Below, piece by piece: positions 9,305 through 19,343 of a DNA stretch of 64,000 bases. Origin of the DNA: an uncultured bacterium (GTDB taxonomy: Bacteria; UBA8481); NCBI GenBank assembly GCA_964548165.1, contig CAZJQD010000013.1, positions 12,454-76,453 of the forward strand, in the 5' to 3' direction. The notes beneath the pieces were generated by a model. That model searched no databases. It saw nothing but the letters and a program-made list of their open reading frames with translations, and had not been told where the DNA came from. Each line of letters begins with the position of its first letter. Within the stretch, counting starts at the first letter, position 1. The position numbers and the translations under genes are program-made.

Positions 9305-10228
9305 GTGAAATCAATGCCGCAATTCCGCAGTCTGACACCTAGCGTGATTTCGACCGTCCACCGTCCCGTTCTCATGGATGCCGTGCGGGAAGCTTTCACC
9401 ATGGCTCCTGGTACCGTCATCGACGCCACCGGGGGCGGGGGCGGGCACAGCGCCCTGCTCCTGGAACTCGGCCATACCGTCATCGCCTGCGACCGCGATC
9501 CCGCCGCCTGTGCCCGCCTGGAGGCCCGTTTCCAGGGCCATCCGCGGCTACGCGTTCATGCCGGCGACTTCCGGTCCTTGCCCCCCGGCCCCGTCCAGGG
9601 ACTCCTCGCCGATCTCGGACTCTCCTCCGACCAGCTCGACTCCGCCGATCGTGGCTTCTCGTTCCAGAACGACGCCTATCCGGACATGCGCATGGATCCT
9701 GCCCTCCCGCAATCCGCCGCTGACCTGATCGCGACCTCCGATCTCTCCACCCTGGCCCGCATCCTCAAGGTCTACGGCGAGGAACCACGGGCGGCCCGCA
9801 TTGCCCGTGCCCTCGTCGGCCGCTCGTTCGCATCCTGCAAGGAACTGGCCGCGATCATCCAGGCCGCGTCGGGCTACCATGGATCCCGAACGCACCCGGC
9901 CACGCGCACCTTCCAGGCCCTCCGGATCGCCGTGAACGACGAGCTGGGACAGCTCGAGGCCCTGCTCGATGCCGCGCCGCGCGTGGTGGAGCCCGGCGGC
10001 AGGATCGCGATCATCTCCTTCCACTCCCTCGAAGATCGGATGGTCAAGCGGGCGATGGCGGCGTGGTGCGGGGTCTGTCGCTGTCCGCCGGGCCTTCCGG
10101 TCTGTGCCTGCGGCGTTAAACCTTGCGCAAAGCCTCTATGGAAAGGCTTTCGAGGTGCCGATGACAGGGAAGTAGCCGACAATCCGCGCTCACGAAGTGC
10201 CCATATCCGGGGTGTCGTTCGCGTCTAG
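9305..10228 (+). CDS. rsmH: 16S rRNA (cytosine1402-N4)-methyltransferase RsmH/MraW
   Basis: HRPVLMDAV...VIDATGGGGGHS...; the start may instead be the GTG at 9344. Confidence 0.85.
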   Translation: MKSMPQFRSLTPSVISTVHRPVLMDAVREAFTMAPGTVIDATGGGGGHSALLLELGHTVIACDRDPAACARLEARFQGHPRLRVHAGDFRSLPPGPVQGLLADLGLSSDQLDSADRGFSFQNDAYPDMRMDPALPQSAADLIATSDLSTLARILKVYGEEPRAARIARALVGRSFASCKELAAIIQAASGYHGSRTHPATRTFQALRIAVNDELGQLEALLDAAPRVVEPGGRIAIISFHSLEDRMVKRAMAAWCGVCRCPPGLPVCACGVKPCAKPLWKGFRGADDREVADNPRSRSAHIRGVVRV

Positions 10229-10248
10229 TCGGCTCAACACACCATGCC

Positions 10249-10614
10249 ATGAAGCCTACGACGCTGAACATGCAGGAAGCCGAGACCTGGAAGCGCACCA
10301 AGGTCCACTTTGCCGTCATCGGTGCGCTCATGCTCTTCGCGCTCGCCATCCTGACCCAGGAGAACACCTTTCATGGCATGACGCGAGAGCTTCTGAAGCT
10401 CGAGCGATCCCGGCGCGATCTCGTCGAGGAGCGCGATCGCCTGACGCTGACCGTCGAGCAGTATCGGCATCCCGCCCGGATCCGCACGCTGGCCACCGAG
10501 CACTATGGGCTGGCCGTACCGGCGCCGGACAATGTCCAGGATGTTCCCGCTGCTCCTCCATCCCGGAGGGAACCGGGGCTCGAGGCGCGCGAGCGAGAGG
10601 CCGCGAGGCCATGA
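10249..10614 (+). CDS. ftsL: Cell division protein FtsL (septum formation initiator family)
   Basis: 121 aa with one transmembrane helix (VHFAVIGALMLFALAIL) followed by a coiled-coil. Sits between rsmH and murE. Confidence 0.7.
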   Translation: MKPTTLNMQEAETWKRTKVHFAVIGALMLFALAILTQENTFHGMTRELLKLERSRRDLVEERDRLTLTVEQYRHPARIRTLATEHYGLAVPAPDNVQDVPAAPPSRREPGLEAREREAARP

Positions 10615-12104
10615 CCGCGGGGGGAGGGGCGAGACCGGTGGTGACCATGCCCTCCATGCCGCTCGACGAGCTCCTCGACGGGTTGCCCGTCCCGCCCCTG
10701 TCCTCGACGTCCATCCCGATCGCCGACGTGGTGACCGATTCCCGCGACGTCACCCCTGGAGCGCTCTTCGTGGCGATCAAGGGGAGCGTGACCGACGGAC
10801 ATGACCACGCGGAGGATGCCGCTCGCCGCGGCGCCGTGGCCGTCATCGCCGCACGCCCCATCGCCGCGCTCTCCAGCTCCTCGAAGCCCATTCCGGTTCT
10901 CGTCCTTCCTGATCCCGCCGCCGCGCTCCCCACGCTCGCCGTTCGCTTCTTTCGCGATCCCTCGTCGACGCTCACCGTCCTCGGCGTCACCGGCACGAAC
11001 GGCAAGTCGACGACGACCTACCTCCTGCAGTCCGTGCTCGCGGCCGCCGGCTCCCGGTGCGCCGTTCTCGGCACCCTCGGCTACGCCATCGGCCATCACG
11101 TCTACGAGGCTCCCAACACCACGCCCGACGCGCTCCTCCTCCAGCGGCTCTTCGCGTCCTGCCGCGCCGAGGGCCTCAGCCACGTCGCGATGGAAATTTC
11201 CTCGCATGCCCTCGCGCTCGATCGGATCGCAGGAACGCGGGTGACGACCGCCGCCTTCACCAACTTCACGCAGGACCACCTGGATTTCCACGGCACCATG
11301 GACGCGTACTTCGCGGCCAAGGCGAGAGTGTTCGCGCTCACGGGCGGCCGCGGCGCCGTCAATGCCGAGGATGAGCGCGTTCGTGGACTGACCCGCCGCT
11401 ATCCCGGCCTCGTGACCTTCGGCACCGGAGGTCGCGTCCAGGCCACGAACATCCGCCTCGGGCTCAAAGAGACCCACTTCACCCTCACCCACGACGATCG
11501 CGCGCGGACGGTCACGACGAGCCTGGTGGGAGAACCTAACATCCAGAATGCCCTGGCGACCGCGGCCCTGGCGCTCGATCTTGGAATCGAGGACGAGGTG
11601 ATCGTCCGGGGCCTGACCGCGGCCCGCGCCCCGCGCGGGCGCTTCGAGCTGGTGCCGACCGCGGGAAATTATGCGGTCGCCGTCGATTACGCGCACACGC
11701 CCGACGCGCTCGAACGGCTCCTGGGAGCCGCGAGGGCCCTCAAGCCGCGCCGCGTGCTCCTCGTCTTCGGTTGCGGCGGCGATCGCGATCGCACGAAGCG
11801 GCCGCGCATGGGCGCGCTCGCGGCCTCGCTGGCGGACGAGTCCTGGCTGACATCCGACAACCCGCGGACCGAGGACCCGGGCAGCATCCTCGACGAGATC
11901 GAGGCCGGCATGGCCGGCGGCCGCTGGCGCCGAGAGCCCGATCGCCGAGCGGCGATCCGCGACGCGGTCGCCGCCCTTCGGGAGGGCGACCTTCTTCTCG
12001 TGGCGGGCAAGGGGCACGAGGACTACCAGATCATCGGGCGCGAGAAGCGCCCATTCGACGACCGCGCCGAGCTCATGACGGCGCTGAAGGAGCAGGGGAG
12101 ATGA
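10611..12104 (+). CDS. murE: UDP-N-acetylmuramoyl-L-alanyl-D-glutamate--2,6-diaminopimelate ligase MurE
   Basis: GVTGTNGKSTT P-loop and DYAHTPDAL; ATGA overlap with the ftsL stop. Confidence 0.9.
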   Translation: MTAGGGARPVVTMPSMPLDELLDGLPVPPLSSTSIPIADVVTDSRDVTPGALFVAIKGSVTDGHDHAEDAARRGAVAVIAARPIAALSSSSKPIPVLVLPDPAAALPTLAVRFFRDPSSTLTVLGVTGTNGKSTTTYLLQSVLAAAGSRCAVLGTLGYAIGHHVYEAPNTTPDALLLQRLFASCRAEGLSHVAMEISSHALALDRIAGTRVTTAAFTNFTQDHLDFHGTMDAYFAAKARVFALTGGRGAVNAEDERVRGLTRRYPGLVTFGTGGRVQATNIRLGLKETHFTLTHDDRARTVTTSLVGEPNIQNALATAALALDLGIEDEVIVRGLTAARAPRGRFELVPTAGNYAVAVDYAHTPDALERLLGAARALKPRRVLLVFGCGGDRDRTKRPRMGALAASLADESWLTSDNPRTEDPGSILDEIEAGMAGGRWRREPDRRAAIRDAVAALREGDLLLVAGKGHEDYQIIGREKRPFDDRAELMTALKEQGR

Positions 12105-13126
12105 ACCGTATCGTTCACTGGAATGCCACGACGCTGGGCGAACTCGCCGCCGCCGCGGGCGCGGCCCTGGAGCGCGGTGCCGCGACACGGCGCATTTGCG
12201 CCTTCTCCGTGCCCGCCGACTCGTCGTCCGCGCTCGTGGAGAAGATCGACGGACCCGGCATGGACCGGTTCACCGTGGTCGCCGTACCCCAGGGAGCCGG
12301 GGCCGCTGCGGCCCTGTCGGCGATCGCGGCCGCCGGCGCGGTCGCCCTGGTGGAACGGGAACTGCCCGTTCCTGCCGCGATGGCCGTCCTGCGCGTCCCC
12401 GTCCTGGCCGACGCCATCGCTCGCCTGGCCTCGGCGCGCCGCGCCGCCTCGCGAGCGCGCGTCCTTGCCGTCGTCGGCGCCGACGCCGCCGCGATCGCGG
12501 TGCCGCTGGCCGCCACCTGCAAGCGCCGCTGGCGAACGGTCAGCGCCATGGTGCCCGGCGACCTCGACGCGGCCCTTCTGGCCCTCACTCCGTCGACCGA
12601 TCGCGCCGTCGTCGTCCTGGACGCTGCGAATCTCGTCTCCTTCGTCGCCGACATGTCCCTGGCCGCACCGGCGCTTGTCGTCGCCGCTCTTCCGCGCCCC
12701 GGGGATCCCGCACCCCTGGACTTCGCCGCGGCCCTGCCCTCGACCTCGGTCCTGATCCTCGATGATGCCGATCCCCGCGCCGGTCTCATCCGGCAGTCTG
12801 CGTCCTGCCGCGTCCTGGCGCCCTCCGCGCTCCTGGGATCCGCCGGCGATCCGGCAGGTGCCGCGCACGGCGGCCCTTACCAGGGGCCCGTCGTCGTTCC
12901 CGCTCGAGGTCGCTTTACCTGTCGCGGCCTCGTCGTGCACACCTCCCTGCCTCCCGCCGCGGTCTCCGCGTCCCGGCTCGCCGCGGCTGCCGCGCTCTTC
13001 ACCGGCACCGACGCCCTCGACATCGCGGACGCGTTCGCGCGGCTCCTGCCGGCCGCGATGCCCCATCCCGTCCCCGCCGCTTCTGCGTTCGTGGAAGCGG
13101 CTTCGACCCTGGCCCGCGCCGTCTGA
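12101..13126 (+). CDS. Ala-rich ORF in the syntenic murF position; possible degenerate MurF-like protein lacking the P-loop
   Basis: ATGA overlap with murE and TGAcATG junction with mraY. Weak MurF-like segments: N-terminus TTLGELAAAAGAAL, VPVLADAIARLASARR (compare MurF VDDTLKALQDLA), and VLAVVGADAAAIA where GSNGKTT would be expected. Confidence 0.4.
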   Translation: MNRIVHWNATTLGELAAAAGAALERGAATRRICAFSVPADSSSALVEKIDGPGMDRFTVVAVPQGAGAAAALSAIAAAGAVALVERELPVPAAMAVLRVPVLADAIARLASARRAASRARVLAVVGADAAAIAVPLAATCKRRWRTVSAMVPGDLDAALLALTPSTDRAVVVLDAANLVSFVADMSLAAPALVVAALPRPGDPAPLDFAAALPSTSVLILDDADPRAGLIRQSASCRVLAPSALLGSAGDPAGAAHGGPYQGPVVVPARGRFTCRGLVVHTSLPPAAVSASRLAAAAALFTGTDALDIADAFARLLPAAMPHPVPAASAFVEAASTLARAV

Positions 13127-13127
13127 C

Positions 13128-14243
13128 ATGCTCTATCATCTCGCGACGCTGGCCGATGTCTTCGGGCCCTTGCGGCTCTTCCAGTACATCACCTTCCGCG
13201 CCGCGTTCGCGACCGTCTTCGCCCTGTTGCTCTCCGTAGCACTGGGCCCCGCCTTCATTCGGGCCCTGGGCGCCCTGAGGATGGCTCACCTCAAGGATCG
13301 CGAGGAGCTCGACTTTCACGCTCACAAGCTGGGAACGCCGACGATGGGCGGGCTCCTGATGATCGGCTCCGTCTCGGCCTCCATGATCCTCTTCGGCAAC
13401 TTCACCAACCGCTACGTCCCGCTCCTCCTTCTCGTCACTATTGGCCTCGCGTCGCTCGGCTTCATCGACGACTACCTGAAGATGACCAAGAAGAACACCA
13501 AGGGTCTCCCCGGCCGCTACAAGCTCCTCGGCCAGGGCTTCCTCTCGCTCATGCTCGGTCTTTCCCTCTTCATCCTCCCCACCGAGGCGGGCCGCCTCTG
13601 GCTCGGCGAGGCCGTCACCATCGACTATGCCTCCACGCTCACCGTTCCCTTCCTCAAGAACCTCCTCATCCCCCTGGGCCTGCTCTACATTCCCTTCATC
13701 ATGCTCGTTGTCACCGGGGCCTCGAACGCGGTCAACCTCACCGATGGCCTGGACGGCCTGGCCGCCGGTTCCACGATCGCGTGCGCGGGCGCCCTCGCCG
13801 GGCTCACGTACATCACCGGCCACTCCAACTTCTCCACCTACCTCAATGTCCTCTACATCCGCGATGTCGGCGAGATCACCGTCTTTCTCGGGGCCCTCAT
13901 CGGCGCGCTCCTGGGGTTCCTCTGGTTCAACGCCTATCCCGCCCAGGTCTTCATGGGCGACACCGGATCGCTCGCGCTCGGCGGCGCGCTCGGCACCGTG
14001 GCCGTCTTCATCAAGCAGGAACTGCTCCTCGTGATCATCGGCGGCGTCTTCGTCGCGGAGGCGCTCTCCGTCATCATCCAGGTCTTCTCGTTCAAGACGA
14101 CGGGCCGGCGCGTCTTCCGCATGGCGCCCCTGCATCATCACTTCGAGAAGCAGGGATGGCCGGAGCCGAAAGTCATCGTGCGATTCTGGATCGTTTCCTT
14201 CATATTGACCCTGGTCGCGCTCGCGACGCTGAAATTGAGGTAG
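13128..14243 (+). CDS. mraY: Phospho-N-acetylmuramoyl-pentapeptide transferase MraY
   Basis: MLYHLATLADVFGPLRLFQYITFRAAFA... and a polytopic membrane profile. Confidence 0.9.
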   Translation: MLYHLATLADVFGPLRLFQYITFRAAFATVFALLLSVALGPAFIRALGALRMAHLKDREELDFHAHKLGTPTMGGLLMIGSVSASMILFGNFTNRYVPLLLLVTIGLASLGFIDDYLKMTKKNTKGLPGRYKLLGQGFLSLMLGLSLFILPTEAGRLWLGEAVTIDYASTLTVPFLKNLLIPLGLLYIPFIMLVVTGASNAVNLTDGLDGLAAGSTIACAGALAGLTYITGHSNFSTYLNVLYIRDVGEITVFLGALIGALLGFLWFNAYPAQVFMGDTGSLALGGALGTVAVFIKQELLLVIIGGVFVAEALSVIIQVFSFKTTGRRVFRMAPLHHHFEKQGWPEPKVIVRFWIVSFILTLVALATLKLR

Positions 14244-14250
14244 ATTTCCC

Positions 14251-15630
14251 GTGTTCTCGTTGAATGGACAGAAGGTGACCATCCTCGGATGGGCCCGATC
14301 GGGACGCGCCAGCGCGCGCCTGGCCGCCTCCCTGGGCGCCCGCGTCTTCGTCTCCGACAATCGACCCGCATCCGCATTCGACGCCGAGTCACTGGCCGAG
14401 TTGAAGAACTATGACCACGAGCTCGGCGCCCATACCGATCGCGCCCGCGACGCCGCCCTCATCGTGCTCTCGCCCGGCATCCCGCCTGAGATCCCCTTCC
14501 TGGCCGATTTCAAGGGAGAGGTCTGGAGCGAGCTGGAGCTGGCCACGCGCGTGATGCCTTGCCGCATCGTCGCCGTCACCGGTACCAACGGCAAGACGAC
14601 GACGACGACGCTCATCGGCAAGATACTCGAGGAGGCTTACACCGGAGGGCGCACCTGGATTGGCGGCAACATCGGCGTCGCCGTCGCGGGATTTGCCGCC
14701 GCGGTGCGCGAGGAGGACGTCTGTGTCCTCGAGCTCTCCTCGTTCCAGCTCGAGACCATCCGCGCCTTCCATCCCCGGATCGCCGTCTACCTGAATCTTC
14801 GCTCGGACCATCTCGATCGCTACCCTGACTTCGCCGCCTACGCCGCCGCCAAGGATCGCATCCTGGCGAACATGACCGCGAACGATGTCGTCATCCTCAA
14901 CCTCGACAACGCTCACACGCGAGCCCTGGCGGAGCGGCTGAAGGGCACCGAGGGTGCGCCGCGGGTGGTGACCGTCTCCGCCGCCGGCCCCGCCGACTAC
15001 ACGCTGACACCGGCCTACGACGAGCGCCTGCTGGAGGCGGTCAAGTCGCCCGAGAACCTCCTCTCCGCCGTCGCCGTTGCGTCCCTCCTCGAGCTTGATC
15101 CCGCCCGCGTCGCGTCCGCCTTGTCCGCGTTCCAGGGGCTCCCGCACCGGATCGAACCCGTGGGCGTGGTGGACGGGGCGACGTGGTACAACGATTCCAA
15201 GGCCACGAACGTGCACTCCGTCGAGGCCGCCCTCCTGCGCGTTCCCGCCCCCGTCGTCCTCGTCATGGGAGGGAGAGACAAGGGCGAGAACTACGCCGAG
15301 CTTCGCGAGCTGGTCGCCGCGCGGTGCCGACGTGTCATCGCCTACGGCGAGGCCGGGCCGCGGATCGCCGCGCTCCTGGAGTCCGCTGGCGTTCCCGTCG
15401 ACGTCATCCCATCCTTCGACGCCGCCGTCACGGCCGCGCGATCGGCGTCGCCGGGCTGTGCGAGCGTGCTCCTCTCGCCGGCCTGCTCGTCCTACGATCA
15501 GTTCAAGGACTACGTCGCCCGCGGCGATCGCTTCCGTGCCCTGGTCACCGCGATGGCCTCCGCCGCGCCTTCCTCCGTCGCGGTTGAGCCCGGCCTGGTC
15601 CGCGCCGTCCCGGCCGGAGGGCGTCGATGA
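14251..15630 (+). CDS. murD: UDP-N-acetylmuramoylalanine--D-glutamate ligase MurD
   Basis: VAVTGTNGKTTTTTLIG P-loop, GTG start. Confidence 0.9.
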   Translation: MFSLNGQKVTILGWARSGRASARLAASLGARVFVSDNRPASAFDAESLAELKNYDHELGAHTDRARDAALIVLSPGIPPEIPFLADFKGEVWSELELATRVMPCRIVAVTGTNGKTTTTTLIGKILEEAYTGGRTWIGGNIGVAVAGFAAAVREEDVCVLELSSFQLETIRAFHPRIAVYLNLRSDHLDRYPDFAAYAAAKDRILANMTANDVVILNLDNAHTRALAERLKGTEGAPRVVTVSAAGPADYTLTPAYDERLLEAVKSPENLLSAVAVASLLELDPARVASALSAFQGLPHRIEPVGVVDGATWYNDSKATNVHSVEAALLRVPAPVVLVMGGRDKGENYAELRELVAARCRRVIAYGEAGPRIAALLESAGVPVDVIPSFDAAVTAARSASPGCASVLLSPACSSYDQFKDYVARGDRFRALVTAMASAAPSSVAVEPGLVRAVPAGGRR

Positions 15631-16829
15631 GCGTCGTTCGTCGGCGGTCCGCCGGCCGCATTCCTCCGCGTCGTCCCGCGACGACGCCGTTCTCGTTCTT
15701 CGCCCGCAAGCGCGCCCCCGCTCCGGCCGACTACGACGCCACCCTGAACACCCCGCCCGACGCCCGGCTCGCCACGGCGACCGTTCTCCTGATGGCGATC
15801 GGCATGGTCGCCGTCTACTCCGCCGGTCCCGCGCGCGCCGCGGACGGGAGCATGGCGGGCAACATGCTCGTGCGCCAACTCATCGCCGGGATCATCGGGT
15901 GCGTGGCCATGTACGGCTGTTCGCGTCTCTCCTTGAAGCACATCGATCGCTTCACGCTCGTGGTTGTCGGGCTAGCCATCATCGCCCAGTTCCTCGTCTT
16001 CATTCCCGGCATCGGCGCCACGGTCAAGGGGGCGACGCGGTGGGTGAGGCTCGGTCCCATCTCGTTCCAGCCCTCCGAACTGGCGCGACTGGCGAGTGTC
16101 CTCTACGCGGCGCGCTTCGCCGCGCGATACCCCGAGATCGTCACCGACTGGAAGCAAGTCTGGCAGGCCTTCCTGGTCCCCGCGATCTTCACCGTCCTCG
16201 TCTATTTCCAGCGCGACCTCGATACCGCGCTCTTCATGCTCTTCTACGCCGGCATCGTCTACTTCGTCGCGGGTATGCCTCTCGTTGCCCTCGGCGGCGG
16301 CGCGGTGCTCGCCGTGGCCGGCGGCGCCTACAAGGTCTGGACCGAGCCTTACCGCATGCAGCGCATGACCGCCTTCATGAATCCCGAGGCTCATACCCAG
16401 GACGCGGGCTACCAGGTCTGGCAGGGCCTGATCGGCATGGGGAGCGGCGGGTGGTTCGGCCGGGGGCTCGGGGGATCGGTGCAGAAGTTCGGATTCCTGC
16501 CGGAGGCTCACACGGACTTCATCTTCGCCGTGATCGGCGAGGAGGGCGGCCTCCTGGCGACCCTCGTCGTCGTCGCGCTCTTCGCCACGATCGCCTGGCG
16601 CGGCTACGGGATCGCGCTCGGTCAGCCCATTCCCTACGCGCGGTACCTGGCCGTCGGCATCACGGCGATGGTGACGATCCAGGCGCTCGTGAATTTGCTC
16701 GTGGTCACGAGCTGTATTCCCGTCGCCGGAATTCCCCTGCCCCTGGTCTCGTCCGGCGGCACCAGTGTCGTCTTCATCGCGGCCGCGCTCGGAATTCTCT
16801 GGGGGCTCTCGCGCCGGCGAGACGCCTGA
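15627..16829 (+). CDS. ftsW: Cell division / peptidoglycan glycosyltransferase, FtsW/RodA (SEDS) family
   Basis: Polytopic membrane protein with the ISFQPSELARLA SEDS motif; ATGA overlap with murD. Confidence 0.85.
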   Translation: MSVVRRRSAGRIPPRRPATTPFSFFARKRAPAPADYDATLNTPPDARLATATVLLMAIGMVAVYSAGPARAADGSMAGNMLVRQLIAGIIGCVAMYGCSRLSLKHIDRFTLVVVGLAIIAQFLVFIPGIGATVKGATRWVRLGPISFQPSELARLASVLYAARFAARYPEIVTDWKQVWQAFLVPAIFTVLVYFQRDLDTALFMLFYAGIVYFVAGMPLVALGGGAVLAVAGGAYKVWTEPYRMQRMTAFMNPEAHTQDAGYQVWQGLIGMGSGGWFGRGLGGSVQKFGFLPEAHTDFIFAVIGEEGGLLATLVVVALFATIAWRGYGIALGQPIPYARYLAVGITAMVTIQALVNLLVVTSCIPVAGIPLPLVSSGGTSVVFIAAALGILWGLSRRRDA

Positions 16830-16833
16830 CCGC

Positions 16834-17982
16834 ATGAAGCTCGTCATCGCCGGCGGCGGGACCGGTGGGCACGTCTATCCCGGCATCGCCGTTGCGGAGG
16901 AAGTGCGCTCGCGGGGCGGAGACGTCGTCTTCGTGGGCACGGAGCGCGGGCTTGAATCGCGCATCGTTCCCGCGGCCGGTTTTCCGCTCCTCATCGTGCC
17001 CGCGTGCGGCTTCCTCCGTCGCCGTCCCATCCAGAACGCCGGCGCCGTCATCGAGAATGGGCGAGGCGTCTTCGCGGCGCGACGCCACCTGCTGGATTTT
17101 CGGCCCGACGTGGTCCTGGGGATGGGGGGGTTTGCCAGCTTCGCGGCGGGCGCGGCGGCGCGCCACCTGGGGATCCCACTGGTCATCCACGAGCAGAACG
17201 CGGTGCCGGGACTTGCCAATCGCGTCCTCGCGCGGATGGCCACCCGCATCCTGACGTCCTGGACCGGCGCCGTTCCGGGCGGGACGAGGGGCACGACCCG
17301 CGTCGGGCTCCCCGTTCGCGCCGCATTCCGAACGCTTGATTCCTCCGCAACCCGTGCGAGGGCTCGCATCGCCCTCGAGCTGGCCGAGGACGACCTCCTG
17401 GTCGTGATCTTCGGCGGATCCCGCGGCGCTCGATCGCTCAACGAGGCCGTCGCGGCCTGGATTTCTTCACCGTCCTTCACCGGCACCGCCGGCATTCGCG
17501 TCCTCTGGGCGACGGGAAGCGATCACGTGGACGCCTTCCGCGCGGCCGCCGCCGCCGCGGGCCCTCGCGTTCGCGTGGTGCCCTATATCGAGCGCATGCC
17601 GGAGGTGCTCCCGGCCGCCGACCTGGCCGTGACGCGATCGGGCGCCATGACGCTGGCCGAGCTTGCGGCCTGCGGGGTTCCCTCGATCCTCGTGCCGTAT
17701 CCCTACGCCACCGGCGACCACCAGACCGCGAACGCGCGCTCCTTCGTGAACGCGGGCGCGGCCATCCTCGTGCCGGACGCCGCGCTCTCCGCGCGCCTCG
17801 GCGACGCGATCGCGGACCTCGTGGCCCATCCCGAACGTCGCCGGGCGATGGCGGAGGCCGCCGGGACGCAGGGAAATCCGCAAGCCGCCGCCGAAATTGC
17901 CGATATACTGGAGACGCTCGCAATCATGTCCCACACCCCGCCGCCAGCGACGCCGCCCGTGCCGTCGCCCCGCTCACTATGA
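16834..17982 (+). CDS. murG: UDP-GlcNAc--undecaprenyl-PP-MurNAc-pentapeptide GlcNAc transferase MurG
   Basis: MKLVIAGGGTGGHVYPGIAVAEE... Confidence 0.9.
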   Translation: MKLVIAGGGTGGHVYPGIAVAEEVRSRGGDVVFVGTERGLESRIVPAAGFPLLIVPACGFLRRRPIQNAGAVIENGRGVFAARRHLLDFRPDVVLGMGGFASFAAGAAARHLGIPLVIHEQNAVPGLANRVLARMATRILTSWTGAVPGGTRGTTRVGLPVRAAFRTLDSSATRARARIALELAEDDLLVVIFGGSRGARSLNEAVAAWISSPSFTGTAGIRVLWATGSDHVDAFRAAAAAAGPRVRVVPYIERMPEVLPAADLAVTRSGAMTLAELAACGVPSILVPYPYATGDHQTANARSFVNAGAAILVPDAALSARLGDAIADLVAHPERRRAMAEAAGTQGNPQAAAEIADILETLAIMSHTPPPATPPVPSPRSL

Positions 17983-19343
17983 TCCGGCTACAGCGCATTC
18001 ACTTCATCGGTATCGGCGGCACCGGCATGTCCGGCATCGCCGAGATCCTGATGTCGGCGGGCTACAAGGTCTCCGGTTCCGACCTCAAGGAGACGCCCGT
18101 CACGACGCGCCTGGCCCAGCTCGGCGCCCGCGTCTGCCTGGGGCACAAGGCCGATCACGTCGGCGACGCCGATGCAGTCGTCGTGTCATCCGCGGTCGGG
18201 AGAGAAAATCCCGAGGTGCGCGCCGCTCGCGAGCGCGGCCTGCCCGTGGTTCCGCGCGCGGAGATGCTCGCGGAGCTGATGCGGCTCAAGTACGGCATCG
18301 CCATCGCGGGCACGCACGGCAAGACCACGACGACATCGTTGACCGCCATGGTCCTGACGGCGGGCGGCCTTGATCCCACGGTCGTCATCGGTGGCCGGCT
18401 CGAACAGCTCGGGAGCGGCGCCAAGAGCGGGGCCGGCGATTACTTTGTGGCCGAGGCCGACGAATCGGACGGGTCGTTCCTGAAGCTCTCGCCCACGGTC
18501 TCCGTCGTGACCAACATCGACGACGATCACCTCGATTACTACGGGGACATGGGGCGGTTGACCGCCACGTTCAGCGAGTTCGCCAACAAGGTGCCGTTCT
18601 ACGGTTTCGGCGTCCTCTGCCTCGACGATCCGCGCATCCGCGGCATCGCGGCGATGGCCAGTCGTCGCATGGTCACCTACGGCCAGCACGCGGACGCCGA
18701 TGTCCGCGCGGAGGATGTCACGCTCTCCTCGACCGGCAGCAGTTATCGGCTGGTCCTGCGCGGCGTATCTCTCGGCTCGGTCTCGCTCACCGTCACCGGC
18801 GTGCACAACGTCGTCAACAGCCTGGCCGCCGCCGCGGTGGGCCTGGAGCTCGGCATTCCCGCCGCCGACGTCATCCGCGGCCTGGCCGCCTTCACCGGCG
18901 TCGACCGCCGTCTCCAGCTCAAGGGCCGCCATCCCGCCGGCTGGGCCGTCTACGACGACTATGGCCACCACCCGACCGAGATCACGGCCACGATCGCGGC
19001 CGCGCGTTCCCTGGCCGCCGGTGGCCGGGTCATCATCCTCTTCCAGCCCCATCGCTATTCGCGCACCGCGCTCCTCTTTGACAAGTTCGCCTCCGCTCTC
19101 GCCGCCGCCGACCGCGTCGCGCTCCTGCCGATCTACCCGGCCGGCGAGCCCCAGCGCGACGGCGTCTCCAGCGAGCTCATCACCGAGTCGCTGATGCTCA
19201 AGGGCTACAGCGCCTTCGAGATCGTGACGGCCGTCGATATCCCGCGCCTGGCCGCGACCTTCCGCGCCGGCGACGTGATCCTCACGATGGGCGCCGGCGA
19301 CATCACGAGCTGGGGCGATCAGCTCCTGGCGGTCGGCGCCTGA
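17979..19343 (+). CDS. murC: UDP-N-acetylmuramate--L-alanine ligase MurC
   Basis: IHFIGIGGTGMSGIAEIL and GTHGKTTTTSL. Confidence 0.9.
   Translation: MIRLQRIHFIGIGGTGMSGIAEILMSAGYKVSGSDLKETPVTTRLAQLGARVCLGHKADHVGDADAVVVSSAVGRENPEVRAARERGLPVVPRAEMLAELMRLKYGIAIAGTHGKTTTTSLTAMVLTAGGLDPTVVIGGRLEQLGSGAKSGAGDYFVAEADESDGSFLKLSPTVSVVTNIDDDHLDYYGDMGRLTATFSEFANKVPFYGFGVLCLDDPRIRGIAAMASRRMVTYGQHADADVRAEDVTLSSTGSSYRLVLRGVSLGSVSLTVTGVHNVVNSLAAAAVGLELGIPAADVIRGLAAFTGVDRRLQLKGRHPAGWAVYDDYGHHPTEITATIAAARSLAAGGRVIILFQPHRYSRTALLFDKFASALAAADRVALLPIYPAGEPQRDGVSSELITESLMLKGYSAFEIVTAVDIPRLAATFRAGDVILTMGAGDITSWGDQLLAVGA

Noticed and set aside
10503-12188. 561-aa minus-strand ORF opposite murE, and similar ORFs at 12023-13129, 12999-14360 and 15972-16847
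   Set aside because: They are antisense to strongly supported mur/mraY/ftsW genes and are low-complexity Arg/Gly/Glu-rich translations.
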